Source: Camelus dromedarius (lineage: Eukaryota). From it: 64,000 nt of DNA. The stretch's first letter is position 1; every line of letters begins with the position of its first letter. Positions 35,376 to 50,139 of the stretch are shown here, piece by piece. Made by a program: the position numbers and the translations under genes. The notes beneath the pieces are model-generated. The model saw only the letters and a program-made list of their open reading frames with translations. It ran no database searches and was not told where the DNA came from. Location of the stretch: positions 39,372,001-39,436,000 of the forward strand of contig NC_087437.1 of the NCBI RefSeq assembly GCF_036321535.1. Reading direction: 5' to 3'.

Positions 35376-37111
35376 AACCTTTATGATGGTTCTGTATCTC
35401 AGAGCAGATCCATCGGAATGTCACTCCCCTCAAGCCCAGTGCCAGTTGGCTCCATGCCTCAAGGTGGGAGATGGCTAACTAGATGGAGATATTGGCACTT
35501 ACTACACAAACCCTGTCGTGTTCAGCACAGCCATCTGACCTCCTCGTGTTACTGATCTCCTCAGAGCACAGGGTTTTGTCTCCGTATTTGCTGTGGGAGG
35601 ATCAAGCTTCATGCTCACGTAACCCCCTGGCAAAAACAGGTCTTCCCAGTGATGGGAAGAATTTGTAATATGTGCAGCTCTTGGTTTCCAAAGTTACTGG
35701 AAGCCTTTATGAGATACATTTTGATTTTTCCGACTGTTTGTGAGCCTTTCAGTAGGGAGCACCTTTCATCACGTCACAGTGGAAAGCAGGGGATGCTTTC
35801 CTGGGTTTACTGACGGCAACGTGGAGGAAGTAAGAATTTCACAAACATCCACTCCCAGTCACCTCTGAAATGCCACGATCAGTTTTCTTGCATAGCCACT
35901 TATTAACAAACAAAGTCAATAAACTTTTCAGACAGCAAAGCCAGATGTGCTTTTTGGTATACCTGGCAAGTTCAGGGTAAGTGCTTTTACCATACGTATT
36001 TGAACAGTCAGTGATTCTTAGATAAAAGGACGTCTAGACCAGCAGTACACTGTGTAAAGAGCTGTTCCGACGCCGAGTCAGAGTCCACCCAGTGCTCCCT
36101 TATTTGTACGTATCTCAGTCAAGAAAGGGAGGGGGAAAAATCTTCTTTTTTTGATTCATCACCTTGTGTTTCATTAGTTTTTTGTTTTTAATCTTAGGCA
36201 AGCAACCAATGGCCCTTAAAGTAAGAATTTCTGTCACTGCTGTCATTTTTTTACTTAAAAAAAACTGGAAGATGAAATATTCTTAAGGATAGTGATGCTA
36301 AGAAAACAAATGACACCCCAGGCACACAGGGCAGCCAACAAAACACATGGATGCAGTGAACAAGACAATCAATAACCTCTCCAGTATGAGGTCTTTTTAA
36401 AAGGTTTATTGTTTCATGCTGCCAAACCCCTAAGGTGCTAAATTAAAAGGCTGATCCGGGAATTATTATTCCACTTTAAGTCTGCAGTAACCTAAATGGT
36501 CTGATTTTTTTAAACTGAATTTGTTTGAATTGTCATCAGACACAACCATGAACTCAAAATGTCTACTTCACTCCGTATTGTAAGTTGAAAAATACCGAGA
36601 AAGCCTTTCTATTTTCTTAGCAAAGTGGCACGATATTATTTAGAAGTTGGAGGGAAAGCTTTTACTGCTTGGCCTGTAAAAAGAAAACAGCATGAACCAG
36701 CAGAGAAGCTGACAAGTGACACGAATACAGTACATGCTAATGCGCAGAGAGAAACAACCTTGAGGATTTAAACCGGCTGCACCAGAAAAAAATATCTTTA
36801 CCCAGATATGTGGTCCCTCATGAATTATACTATTATTTTAGTTGATTTTACCTGACATCACCCTATGATTTTCTTCAGTGACAAGAAAATTGCAGCCGGC
36901 CCTTGACAGTCGGTCACAAATTGACTGAACAAAACAAAATCAAACAGTGAAGTAATCCCCAAGTAAATTTAATGAAACCTAAATCCCAAAGGGCAGCACA
37001 CTTCTGTAGGCAATGGTCTTATTTAATAAATTTCCCCCTGCTTTCACTTTTAGAGCTATATTTACACAGACAAATTTAATTCATTGGGTTTACATTTCCT
37101 CCTTCCCTTAG

Positions 37112-37243
37112 TTTGTCCACCAGGCACATGTGGGAGGGACTGTAAACAGGTATGTCAGTGCCCAGCAGAGAATGAGGAGTGTCACCCAGTCACCGGGAGA
37201 TGTACCTGTCTGCCTGGCTACCATGGAAACCACTGTCATCTCC
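37112..37243 (+). CDS. EGF-like (laminin-type) module exon, 132 nt, open frame
   Basis: cttcccttag|TT TGT ... CTC C|gtaagt. VCPPGTCGRDCKQVCQCPAENEECHPVTGRCTCLPGYHGNHCHL. Confidence 0.9.
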
Positions 37244-40200
37244 GTAAGTGTGTTCTGTGCTTTGGTTTATAATTTATGGAGGAGACACCGGTAGGGTGGG
37301 TCATCACTCAGAATGTTAAAGAGCAAATGTTAATTCAAGCTTCTAATTCCTAGCAAGTCTTGTGGGGATTTTTAGTGGAATGGTTGAAAACACTTTTCTG
37401 TGTAGCTCGTTCTCCTGTTTTGCCTTTTCTATTCAAAATATCCCCAAGAAAAAGACAAGAAAGAAATAAAGAGAAATAAATAAAGAAGAAAATATATACT
37501 GATTATTATAAAGCAATACATAGCAAATGGCATCATATTTCGAGTGATTCATCAAGTAAGTTGGTTCCAGGATCTGCTTAGGAACAATCAAATTAAACAA
37601 ATTGTTATTCTGGAACAAAAACAATGACTTGCTTAAATGACAGAGTGCCAGTTGGCTCATTGTTGTGTAATAAAAAAGAATAGTCCCTCGGACCAAACAC
37701 CTTATATTGATTTGTTAGGACATTTTAACATCGAAACGGTTACAGGAGAACACACGATAAAAAGTCCCAAGGAGCATGTTAAAATGTTCAGTCAGCTACT
37801 TAATTTTTAAGCTCGTAATTATTTATGATGTACTTTTTATAGGTTTAAGAATAAAATGATTTGGCCTCAGTTTCGTTTTTCCCCCAACTTGGCCGGTGCT
37901 GCTCTCTCTCCTCCCTGGTCGCTCCTACAGCAGATTGTTTTTTCTTCTTTCCTTTCCTAATTCTGCACGTCTAAGGATGATTTTTGGATCCCCTCCAAAA
38001 AACGCCATCCATAAAACATAGACTCATGGTCAAGATATTAGTTTTCATTTTCTACAAGCCATAGATATATATTTTGAATATCACTTCTCACATTTGTCCC
38101 AATATTAAGTAATACCAGCTAAAAACACAGTAACGCGTGTACGAAAATGGTTTCATACACCCACAGAACCCATAACCGTTGCGTTATTCAAACTTAAAAT
38201 GAAGAACTAAAATATAAAATGAGTAAAATTTCAATTACTTTTTGGTCACGGCAAATTTCAAGCACCCTCGTAGTGGAAGAAAGGAGTTACTTCCTCCCAT
38301 CTGATTCTGTCACATTTCTCGAGAAGAATTTCTTCTTGAGGGCAAGGATATTTTCATCTGAATTAAAGGAAATGAAGTTACAGAAAGCTGGTAGTACTAC
38401 TGTTCCCGAAGGCGAGCTACCTTGGGTTGCAGGAGGGGAGCTTCACCTTGTAAAAGCAAAGCTGAGGCCGGGAGCCGCTCCCTGACTAGTCAGATGGGCT
38501 CGGTTCCAGGCAACACGTGGTTGGAAGCTGCTGCAAAGGTTCCTTGGCTACATCCACTGTAATTACAGGACAATGAAAAAGGGTTCAAGAAAATATCCAT
38601 AAAAGGTGTAGCTGGCGCAAGAGCAAAAGTTTCAGCAGCCAAAAACAACCCGGCTTTCATGTTCTCAAGTTCCGAGTGGAGAATCAAAATGTTCTCAAGG
38701 CAGTGGTCAGAGGAAGCAGACAAACTCGCAGTAGGAATCTCACCGCTTGTCCACAGTTCGTAATGGGCAGGTCAGTCCCCATCTGTGGCCGGCGTGCGGG
38801 CAAGCACAGACAGGCTGCTCGGTAGATGGCAGCTTACCATGCTGTGCATTTTCTGGCTGACTGGAAACTGTAAAGTGACTACAGAAGATGGACATTTTCT
38901 GTTTCTCCAACCTGCACACTATTTATTAGACCCCATTTTGAGAGGATTTAAGGCACTGGAGTCCTCTAAAAACTACAGGCAGGTCTGTTGACAGTATTCA
39001 CAAGAACACTCTTACACTTGGCTTAGGTTGCTTTGAGAAACATGGGCCACAGGATAGCTCACCTGTGCCAGGAGGAGGATGTCAAGACATTCGCATGGAA
39101 GCTTGGCATTCATGCTCTGGCTCCTAGCATTAAAAATTCAGACAGACCAAATCTTAGCATCTCTTTGTAAGAATAAAACAAAACTGTGTAACAGTGGCTG
39201 GTGGATGTGTGAGTAACCTGGTCAAGTACTGCTAGGAAAACAGACTGTGAAAAACAGATTCATGCTTTTCATTTGCTTCTGAACTGTGTCTCAGGATACA
39301 GTTTCAACCTTGCTTGTTTTAAGTGCCTAATAAAACTACCAAGTGTCACTCACATCATCATGGTATATCATTAGCCTTTAATATTTAAAGAAATCAGAAC
39401 TGTGAATTCATTTCCAAGCTTCTTCCTAGTCAGTCTCCTTCGTGCAGAAGGGATGGTGCAAGGTTGGGGAAAAATCGGAAATTTCTAATGGAAAAGAATT
39501 AAATATCCCTTGCTAGAGGAACAAACTTTCCTGGGAGAAATCACTGTAAAGAATAGAGGAAAGGCCAAGTAATGATCAAAATGGAACTTTAGGAAATGAG
39601 GGAGGGGAGACCACACACTCAAACAAGCCAAGTGAAATCACTGCGTCCTGGGCGTGCGTTTCCTTGTTAAATTTAGTGAACATCTGAGCAAGGGATGTGT
39701 GCATGATTCCAGAAGTCAACCTTTCACGTAGCTACAGGGTTATATGAGAAAGTGGAACTGTTAGTGAAATAACTTATTCTTGGGGAAAAAAGTTATGGGT
39801 ACTTTTGTAAACACATACCGTACTTTCATATAAATTTAACGAGTTGTGGGACTAAGAGGTTAGTGCATATACTGTCTTTCAACAGATGTTATACTCATTA
39901 GTAGGTTAATTTCATCAAGTTCATTGTCCCAATTTCAAAAGGATAATTAAGTTGAAGGCTATATACCAAGAAGGAACAGCAAGGAATGATTTTATCAAAT
40001 GCAAAACCACCATTCAGATAGTTTGAAAAATGAGCGTATGTCAGAGAGAAATTATGTATTCCAAGTAACTTCAACTCAAATGAAAATGGTTTCAAAATAC
40101 AGATTTTTACATATATGTCATATAAATTCATCAAATAATTACACATAACTCTTTTTTCCTTTTAACTGAGATTCTGATTCTTTTATACCCATCATTATGT

Positions 40201-41294
40201 CCACAGTTTAATATTTTCCTCATTAATAAGTATATAAGTTTCACTTTACCAAGTATTTCCCTTTTCCCTATTTGCACAATAGTTTATGTCACATTTCACT
40301 TCCCAGTTATGTGTCTACAGCATTTTCTATACCAATCAACTCTTTAATTTAACCTCCTTTTTTGGAAGCAACATGCTGGCAGTACATACCAGACTTCATT
40401 GTTTCAGACTACATACCTTTAGCTTGCTTTGTATTTTCTCTAATATTAAACAACTAAACGTTCTTTTTTAAGCATCAAACATAGTAATGATAAAAACTGT
40501 ACTTCCATAAAAAATAACTTAAAAAAAAGCAATTTAAAAAAATTACATTCTAAAAGATTGACCCAGATCAACATGAAAGCATTTTAGATCTTGGTGAACA
40601 AGAGAAGAGAAGATAGAGACTCTTTTTTTAATCACTAGTCAGTTTTTAGGTATACTCTATTGAATTTTTGTGAGGGAGAAAAATAACTCCTTAGGAGGAC
40701 TAAAGAATGCTGTACCAAAGAAGGGTTCCTTTGCTGTGAGAACTGACATCCCTTGGAGGGAGGGAAGAGAATGTGAAATGCACTCATCAATTTCATAGAA
40801 AGAAATAAAGAAATACAGCAGCTACAACAGAGAAATAGCCCTTGGTAAGAAGTGATTTTAAGTGTTTGGCTTTCATCTCCATTGTGGAGAATTTCATTTT
40901 AAAACTCGAAGAGAAGGGAGAGAAGAAGAAGCCATTCTTTGAGTCTGAGACTCAAGGTGAGACGGTAGGCTTTCGGACAGGGTATACATGTGGATTACAA
41001 ACAATCTGAATCTCAATAAAAACCATTCTTTGGCTTCTAAACCTCTAAAGCCTGCTACATGTGCAATACTCAAAAATATTCTGTACCATCTTATTCTTAC
41101 CTAAAAATACAAGATAAAAGGGGAGGAAGCAAGTGTCATCTAGTCTCCAGTTCAGTCAATTTTAGTGCTGTGCTTCCAAGTGAAAATGTACTCCAAGAGG
41201 AAGGACTTAAGGCAAATACCACACCTTTGGACTCAAGTCAGGCAGGTAGGGAAAGGCCATATGTCCACCAGCGATCCTGCAACCATGAGTGAAA

Positions 41295-41490
41295 ATAATG
41301 GCTACCACTTGCTCGGGAGCTGTCTGAGTTTGGCAATATGCTAGATGCTCTACTCGTGCACACGAGGGCCTGGGATTCTGTTGTCATCCCCTTTGGGAAT
41401 GAAGACCCAGAAGTTCAAATAAAGGACTCACTCAAGGCCACAGCACTAGCAGGTAGAAGATATAGGGTTCAAACCAAAGTTTATTCAGAA
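41295..41490 (-). mobile_element. MIR SINE fragment
   Basis: atcccctttgggaatgaaga..ctcaaggccacagcactag. Confidence 0.5.
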
Positions 41491-41739
41491 TTTCCTACAG
41501 CCTTATATTTTAAATATATGACAAGAATAAGGAAGGCGATCTTTAACAGGTGAAAGAATTTCGTGCAGTAACTATTTCAAGTCACTTTACCCTGAAGGCT
41601 TCAACTTCTTTATCTTGAAATAAGAGTTGAACCAGATGGGCCTGAGGTCTCTTGAAACAAACTTCTATGATTTTAAGACTTCAAAGTATAAGACATTTCA
41701 TAGAACAGGAGAAGGTCACAGTTGGACGTGCTTCAAAGT

Positions 41740-42080
41740 TAATCAAGTGCTTGCATCCCCACTGCCATTTCTCTGCTAGGTAGTTATCCTATCTCTGCTT
41801 GAACTCCTACAAGGACGAGTAACTCATTACCTCCTGAAAAAGCCTTATTCCAGTCCTGGACAGCTCCTTCAGAAAGTAGTTCTTTACTGAGATAAAATCT
41901 GCCTTCCTCCTTTTCTATAAGACTTTCTTTCTATGTTTGAAGACAAGTTCTATCTTCTTAGGTTGATTTTCTCCTGGCTAGCTAAACAGCCCCAATCTTT
42001 CAATCATTGCACAGATAATGTGGTCTTTAGGTCACTCTTTGCCTTGTTCAGTCTCCTTTTATAATAGAGTCTGGCCATTT
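41740..42080. mobile_element. L3/CR1 LINE fragment
   Basis: ctcattacctcc...ttccagtcctggacagctc..agaaagtagttcttt..aaatctgcct. Confidence 0.55.
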
Positions 42081-42584
42081 ATCTGTCTCTTACACAGGTA
42101 TCATCATGGTAGGTCATACATCCATGGATATGACAGTAGAAAACTGAGACACTAAGAGACAATGAAGATGCTTCCTCTAGGCTTGCTGCCATTTTGAATT
42201 CTTACTGGTATTAAACCGAGATCGTTCCAGGTAAAACAATCTATAACACTTAAGCATTAATTGAAATCATGAATTTATCTGGGCTGGAATGAAATAGACT
42301 TCTTTGGTATTTATTCTGAGCATTCTCTAAAAGTAGATAGATGTCCAAGGAAGCTCAAAGTTAAGAATTCTGTATCTTATTAATGAACAGCATCAGGAAC
42401 TTTACATCCCTCTCTATATTTCCAAGGCATCCATGCCTTGAACCAATAGCTTGAAGGTAATTGAAAATACTAAAGAACAGTAATTGGAGTGTTGAGTTAA
42501 CCACATGTCTATAGGCATGAATTTAAACACTGGTTGTTTCAAGTTACATTATCACATGTAATTTTGTTCTCCTTCATTCAACAG

Positions 42585-42713
42585 GATGCCCAAATGGCAC
42601 TTATGGTCCATATTGCCAAAGGAAGTGTAAGTGCCTGAACGGTGGCAGCTGTGACACTGTGACTGGCACCTGTGACTGCCCTCCTGGCTTCATCGGGGCC
42701 GACTGCAGTCCAA
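42585..42713 (+). CDS. EGF-like module exon, 129 nt, open frame
   Basis: ttcaacag|GA TGC ... CCA A|gtaagt. [43 protein letters not shown]; not in the ORF track. Confidence 0.92.
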
Positions 42714-44862
42714 GTAAGTCATTCTACCTCCTATGAAGTAGATATGCTAAGTTTGCTATATGGTAAAAGCAGAGGTTTTCAGAGCTGCAGAGTCTTTTAA
42801 GAACTGCATGTACAGAGTAAATATTGTTGCATTTATTTTACATGATAATTGCAGTAACAACAAACACCAACCGACCTAAATTCTAGGTTGAGGAGTACTA
42901 ACAGCAGGAGTTTGATTGAGAGCTGAAGTCAGTGAAGGCAGCCAAAGAGAGCCCTTTGGTCACAATCTCTTGCCTCAGCAATGCTGGACTCAAGTCAGGA
43001 TAAGAAAATGTGTTTGGCAAATCTGTTTGGCAAGATCAGAGCAGACTGGAGATTCTTACATGCACAATGTCAAACTCATTGTCCAAAGTTCCACAATTTC
43101 ATTTATCCTTAGTAATTTTCCAGCTCAAAATTGAGTAGTTTCCTTACTTACCAATAAATAACCAGTTCCCAAAAATCTGAAGACCTTAACTGCCTATCAT
43201 AAAAACAACTATTGACATGAAGTTTAAGGGACCCAATATAAATTAAAGATTCCTTAAAAATGAGCGGGATTAGACATTGCAGGGCTATCCTTAGCAAATA
43301 CATTTTGCTTTCATCAGATCTGCGATTTTCTAAATGTTTGGACAGTTTGCAAGGTCAGGATGATCTTCAGGGAGGATGGCAGAGGCAACGAGGAGAGTGC
43401 ACGGTGGGGATGGGCCTGGCAGTGTTCTGTTCTTTGACCTATGTCTTGCTGATGAGAATGTTCAATTTGTGATCCTTCATTGATCTGGGCATTTATGTTT
43501 TTTGTGTACTATTCTGTGTCTTGTACTTCACAATGAAAATAGTGAAAGAATCATCAACAGATCTCAAATTAAAGGTAGGACTGTAATTGTGGACTTGAGA
43601 TTCCTTTATTTGGAAGAAGGATAATGAAGTCTGTGATCAGGCGGGGAACTAAATCATTGTGTTAGGGATATCCAGGATGCTTCCCTTCCTCAGGAAGGTA
43701 GTTGCTTTGTCTCCTTTGTATGAGGGTAATTTTAATTCCCCTGCTTCAGTACCCCTCTGTTCTGAGGATAAAAGGTGAATCAGTCCTGGCTCTAAGCAGC
43801 AGAAAATTGAAACCTAGTGGATACGGCCTCTGAGGCCTCAACGGCCAAGTTATCTTTGAGTGAAAGCCAACCCATAAACATCTCCCAAAGAAGGTTCTGA
43901 CTGGTTCCTGTGTGTTTTGTTCTTCATGGAGAATGGTTGGAGAAATTTTCAAATTTCCTTAGGCCAAAGCATCTTCAAAAGTTATGGCTTCCCTGAATCT
44001 TGGGAGCAGTTCTGTCTTCAGAAAGCTGTGACCTTGTATCAGAGCACTTTTCCTTCTTTGCTTTGATGGCTAAAGAGGTCAGAGCCAAATTCGCAGTCCC
44101 CCTTTTGCAAGTTCAAAGAATTACGATATTTGTTTGTGTATAAACAGTTACTGTATTTTCTCTTCACTCGATTCTCACATATATCTACTTTTTCTGTGTT
44201 TTATCTGTATTTTGGTAAAAGCATCTCAATGAAGTTGTGGAATCAGGTTGCAGCAAAGCAAACAATTCTGTGTTAATTTATGAATAAATCATGTAATAAA
44301 TTAATTTAATAGATATCATCTATTAAAGGTAATATAACAAATTTATTGATTTTTAGTCAATAAACAATACAGTTACAAATAAATTAATAGATACATAAAT
44401 AAATATTTGGAGATATGAGCATAATGCATCCTGTATCAGTGCACAGAAGTGTAAGGTAAAATTCCAGAGTAGATTTTAAGACGAGATGTCCTCAAGGTTA
44501 TTACACACACACAGACACACAGAGAAGCTAAGATAGCCATGCAGTAAAGCAGGACTCAGTCTATAAGTGTCATTTATATCATAATATATCTGTAAGTATT
44601 GGACACTAGGTATTTGGATGGAATTCCTGATGTCAACTAAAATTGCACTAAGCAAGCAACCATTTAAACAGTTCCTTTTTTCTCTTGTTTTTTACAAAGT
44701 AACTTTAAATTGAAAACCGAATGGGAGGCAAGTCAGGGAACCTATTTGATTAAAAGAAAAGGTCATGTATTAACATGTTTTTAAAAATCTTGACTTGAGA
44801 AATGTTTTAAGAAGCAAAATCTGGTTTCATTTTGCTCTGCTTTGTTTTGCTCCTTTCTGCAG

Positions 44863-44988
44863 TTTGTCCTGAAGATCACTATGGACAGGACTGTGTCCAG
44901 CGGTGTTCCTGTGGCTCAGGACAGTGTGACCCAATGACTGGAGGGTGCCAGTGTCCACCTGGCCAAATGGGAGCCAGGTGTCAGCCAG
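44863..44988 (+). CDS. EGF-like module exon, 126 nt, open frame
   Basis: tttctgcag|TT TGT ... CCA G|gtaaca. ICPEDHYGQDCVQRCSCGSGQCDPMTGGCQCPPGQMGARCQP. Confidence 0.9.
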
Positions 44989-47369
44989 GTAACAATGACC
45001 ACACGGTCACCTTGGTCATCCAGGCACTTACTAAGCTTAACTTTGAAGGCAGATGCGGTGCCAGGGAGTAGAATTACATGGGCATTGTCTACAACACTTT
45101 CTTCGTAAGTGTGGCTTTAATGACAGGAAAGTGCATGCTCCTGCAGAGTTATTCAAGAACTAGTCTACCGGGGGTAAACAAAGATTGAAAACAAAAACAA
45201 AGAATAGTTCATGCATATTGTTGAGTAGGAGCAAATTTTAAAATAACTTTGGCTAAATTTTGTAAAATTACCTCAGGTTGTGTGTTGAAGGTGTCTAATT
45301 ACAAGAACCGAAGAGCTTTATATCTTCAATTTTCAGAAACCCACTGAAAGCTGTTAAGAGCAATGAGAGAGAGAGAGAAAAAAAAAACCATGATTTTTGT
45401 TTAAAACTGCAAAACTTTCTTGTCCTAACTCATATTATTTTTTGTCATCATCATCATAATCACAACAGAAGAACTGTCAAGTTCAATGACAAGACATGCA
45501 TAGAGGATGCTGAGCCCGACAGTATCTCTTGAGTGGGGCCAGCAGAGGGGCCACTTCTGCATGGCACATACAGAAGGGCAAAGTCAATGACCTTTTGTTG
45601 AAAATCAAGAGCTGGGTGGGTGGGCAGGCTGCAAAAACTTTCTTGAACCCCACTGGACATCACAGAGTGGCAGTTTTAAAATGGGAATAAAACCAAGAAG
45701 TGCACAGACATATTATCTTTTCAACTCTTCACTAGGGTAGTGGGGACTCTATGGTTTGTAAGTAACCTTGCAGCTAAAGGCAGTCCAAGTCTACACACGC
45801 GCACATGCACATCCCATGCTTTTGTGGTGTATGGAATGTTACTCTGGGCCAAGGAGGGGCCCTAATAGCTAAAATCATTTTTCTAGCTCCAAATCCATAA
45901 TACCGTCCTAAAAATTGCAGGTGCACAAAAAAACTAATCTGAAACAAACAAATAAACAAACAAAAAAAACTGGTGCATAAAAACACCTCCCCTCATCTTG
46001 GAGACAAAATATAAAACCATTCAAAGCTTTTTTTAGTGCAAATTCTGTAAGAAGGATATAGTAGAAAACAAAAAGCAGAGGAACGGAGAGCAGAGAAGTT
46101 TTGTTATGGAGCTCATGAAAATATTAACCAGAATTTCTTCCAAGCATTCGAAGGACTTAATGAAAAAGTGTTCTCTATAAATTGTGAGTGCAATGGAGAG
46201 ATACAAGGGTTCATGGAATAAATGAAAAGACAACAAAGGTAACTGAAAAAGTAACCTGGCAGAGCTCAGAAAGAAGTGGAAGTGAAAATTAAACCTCACA
46301 TCATATAAATGTAGACCACATTGAATGCAGGTAATAGGAGAGTGGAATCTGCTGATGTGACAGCCATGTACACGGAGAATATATTTCAAGGAAGTGAGAA
46401 CAATGAAATGGAAAAAAATAGACAAATATATAAATGGAAAAGAAAATATTAAAATATAATCAAGGTTTTTTTTCCCCCCAAAACGAAAGAAGATCTGTTG
46501 CTACAGATTGATAGAGTACATTTCTATCCCTAAAAATACTAGTTAGGATTGATCGTAAGCAAGGAGAAACTCTATTGGGATTTTAAGAAAAAACATGAGA
46601 TCTCGTATGAAGAGACGGGGAAAGTCAGTCTGGCCTGATACCTCACAGCAGTATTGATTGCTAGCCTATGGCTATCGAAGCCTACAAAGGTCTAGGGAAG
46701 AGCTATGACTCAAGTATTTTATATACAGTTAAACTGTTATTCGAGTAGAACATGATGGAAAATAAACAATAATGTTTCATTATCAAAAGCTGCTGGGAAT
46801 ACAGTAGTCATAAAATGTTTTGAAGAAACCATTGGAAGATAAATTGAACAACCAAATAAAAAAAATGAAAAATCTCTGAAAAAGAGGTTTAGTGACTTAA
46901 ATCTAGTTTAATTGAGGCTGAGTTTAAAACAAATATAAGAATTATGGTTACCTGGTATTATATAAATATATAAGCATTTTACAGTATAACAACATTGAGG
47001 TTTTAGCATCTTGAGCATAAGCTGAAAGGGAAGAGAAGGTAGACGAGTTGAAGTATGTGGATCTTCTTATTTCTTTATTACACTTTGTGGGATGGGAGGG
47101 ACAAATCTGTGTCAAAACATACTGTTTAAATGTGGCAACTCAGTAAGTATGTTTAAGTGTATAAAGGTAAATGCTGGAATTCAGAATGCTGTCATTGAGA
47201 ATGTAAGAATAAAAAATACAGCCCAGTAAAATCAGGGGAAAAGAGGAATGAGAAAAATTTGGAGAAAGCAGAAGCATATTAATTCCATCACCACTCATAC
47301 TGGTGAGTCAACATATACTAAACAAATAAATTCATTATATTAATGCACTGTCTAAAGATTACATAAAAT

Positions 47370-49050
47370 TATAAGACTTGCACTTAGAAGAACTGGAGTA
47401 CACACCCATTTTCCTATTCCTCTCTCTAAACACAGTAAAAATTCTAGACACTATATAGAAAACATACGGAACTCTGAAGTGTGGAGAGAAGACAGCAGAA
47501 CTGCTACAATTCTGGGGACCTAGGGTCAGCATGATGGTGAGTTCCCTGAGTTTCCTTTCTTGTCTCATACGCTGGACTGGTTGCTGGAGAGGCTCTAACC
47601 CAGAAGGGTCAATAGGTGCAGACAGAAAAAGGTCCAAGGTCAGCTTGCTTTCTCTAGTTAAAATATCAGGAAAAGGGCAGCCAAGCAAGACAGGAAACTC
47701 TTAGACAATAACGGGTCTATTCCCAGCAAACAGACTAAAACCGTTTCCTCCACCCCAGCTCCATTAGCAAAGGCCAAGTGAGGATTCTACCCTTCAGATG
47801 CCGCTGGGGTGTATGAGGCCCCCGCACCCTGCACCAGGATGGAGTGAGAGCAGGCCTGGTGGGGCTGGGACTTCCATCCCTGCCAGGTGGGCATGTACCC
47901 GCCACCACGGCAGCGACAGTGGAAACCACGTGGAAGGCACGAGCCTCTGCCTCTACCAGATGGTAGGGAGCCCACACCGCTCCATGCTAGGGTGGTGTCC
48001 GAGGAGGTCGCGGGGACAGTCAGGACTCTCACAGCCACCAAGCAGCAGCAAGGCCACCAGCGTCCGTGGAAGTCGAGTGGCAGCCATAAGGCGGCCCTTC
48101 TACCCCTCAGGTGGGTGTCAGCAGAGGCCTCGTTGGGAGCCTGGGCTCGGGCCCTGGCCCAGCAGAGACGAAACACACTTATCCTTGCTCCCCCCTTGGA
48201 GACAGTGTGGGGAACTTGGACTTCACCCTCTAACAGATGGACCTCTTTCCTTGCCAGTGTACTATCATAAGAGACTTGCTAAAACAGAAGATTTAAACAA
48301 GATCCAGAGTCTCATACCATAATATTCAAAATGTCCAGGTCCATTCCAAAATTATTCACTCTGTCAACAACCAGGAAAATTCCAACTTGAATAAGAAAAA
48401 AATAATCAACAAACACCAACACTCAGATGACACTGATGTTAAAACTAATTGATAAGAGTTTTAAAGCAGCCATCATACAAACGATTCAGTGAGCAGCTCT
48501 GAACATACCTAAAGCAATTTTTTTGTTAAATAGGAAGGTTCAGCAAAGAATAAGAGACATACAGGAGGACCAAGTGGAAATTTTAGAACTGGAAAATAGA
48601 AAACCAAAACTTTAAACAAAACTCAATGTTTGGGCTTAACAGCAGAATGGAGAGGACAGGGGAACACATCAGTGAACTCAAAGATTAAACAAATATTACC
48701 GAATCGAAACAGCAGAGAGGGAAATGAAAATGACGAAAGAAATAAGAAGAAGAACAGAGCTTGGGGGTCTGTAGGACTGAAGAAGAGCTCGAGCATTTGT
48801 GTCATCAGAGTCCAGGTGGAGATGAAAGGGGGCAGGACTGAAAAAGGAGTCAAGGGGATGACGGCTAAAAATGTCCTAAAGATGACCAAAAAAACCTGTA
48901 AACCTACAAATCGAAAAATCTGTGTGAATGCCGAACAGGATCAACCGAAAGAAATCCACAGAAGACATATCAACATCAAACTTTGGAATTCTGAAAAAGA
49001 AAAAAATCTTGAAAACAGCAAGAGAGAAATAACACCCACCTTAGCCTAGA
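47370..49050 (+). mobile_element. old L1M 5'UTR plus ORF1 fragment
   Basis: GC-rich degenerate repeats (ggacttccatccc/ggacttcaccc) typical of L1M 5' ends, then A-rich ORF1-like sequence (..HINIKL..EKEKNLENSKRE). Confidence 0.7.
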
Positions 49051-49465
49051 AAAAAAGCGTCCAGAATAAAACGAAGCTAAATAAATGGGGACAGACACAC
49101 CAAGCACATGGAGCAAAAATAACGCAGCGGTCACGGCATCAATATCCAACAGTGCCCGTTTTCATAATTAATAAGTCAATTATGTGTATGTTAGCAGGGA
49201 ATAAAATCTATGGTAAGAGGGAAAAAAAGAACATGAGATGGGGCTTGAGAGTGCCAGGTGGGTTGAAATTTTAAATCAAGTGGTCAGCGTAATTAATTCT
49301 CTTTGAAAGAAGTGAGGCCTATGATACAGAAAAAAGCTGATGACAATGATTTTTTTTTTTTTTGAAGGAACACTGGAAGACCAGGGCACAAGGATGGAAT
49401 ACTTTTTTCCATAATATACCTTTATATACTGTTTGAAATATTTAACGTGTAATTACAATAACTTT

Positions 49466-49569
49466 TTAAAGTTTTTTTTTTTTTAATGGAGGCACCGGGG
49501 ATTGAACCCAGGACCTCCTGCATGATAACCATGTGCTCTCCCACTGAGCTATTACCCACCCCCATCCCA
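49466..49569 (-). mobile_element. tRNA-derived SINE (camelid Vic-1-like, short form)
   Basis: ttttaatggaggcaccggggattgaacccaggacctc...ccactgagcta. 11-bp TSD acaataacttt at 49455-49465 and 49570-49580. Confidence 0.88.
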
Positions 49570-50139
49570 ACAATAACTTTCAGAAAGCAGTAAAGTTATT
49601 TGCACAATTCTGTGTGAATATTTTTTCTGAGACTTAGACCTGTGGAAAGAAACATTTCTAAGTGCTCCTCACTTTTCCAGTTATGTTTTTTTGTCCAAAG
49701 TCTTATCTTGATGTCCCATACTTTTGTAGATTCACCAGCTTCAACAATGCATTTCCGCATTCAGGTTGGAAAATGAACAGGCCTCTTGGCTGGTTAGGCT
49801 GTTTTAGAAGGGTGAAGGAGAGACAAAGAAATTTTATTTTAATGGTATAAGACTTAGTATCATTGATCCTGTTTAATTTGCCTTAAAGGCAAAAAACCAA
49901 AAGCACATACGATGACGATTCAGCCATTAACTGTACAGCCATACTGTATTTTTTTAGCTAAACGAACTCAAAATGCTTCCTTCACTTGATACTAAAGTTA
50001 AGCACACCTATTTAGTTAAAGACAAGAAAGAAAGCGTCATGCAAATTAAATACAAGTATGTGCTCTGTTCTATTATAACCAAATGCTCTGGGGCAAGCTA
50101 AATTGTGTTTCTTTCTCTAATGTCTCTCCTGCTAGCTCA

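Noticed and set aside
44305..44364. Two adjacent short hairpins (10-bp and 8-bp stems)
   Set aside because: Expected by chance in very AT-rich sequence.
47735..48322. Cluster of long overlapping GC-rich ORFs (up to 174 aa)
   Set aside because: They lie in the GC-rich 5'UTR of an old L1, where low stop density explains the ORFs; no recognisable domain.
48630..49049. 139-aa Lys-rich ORF
   Set aside because: Degenerate L1 ORF1 remnant, not a host gene.
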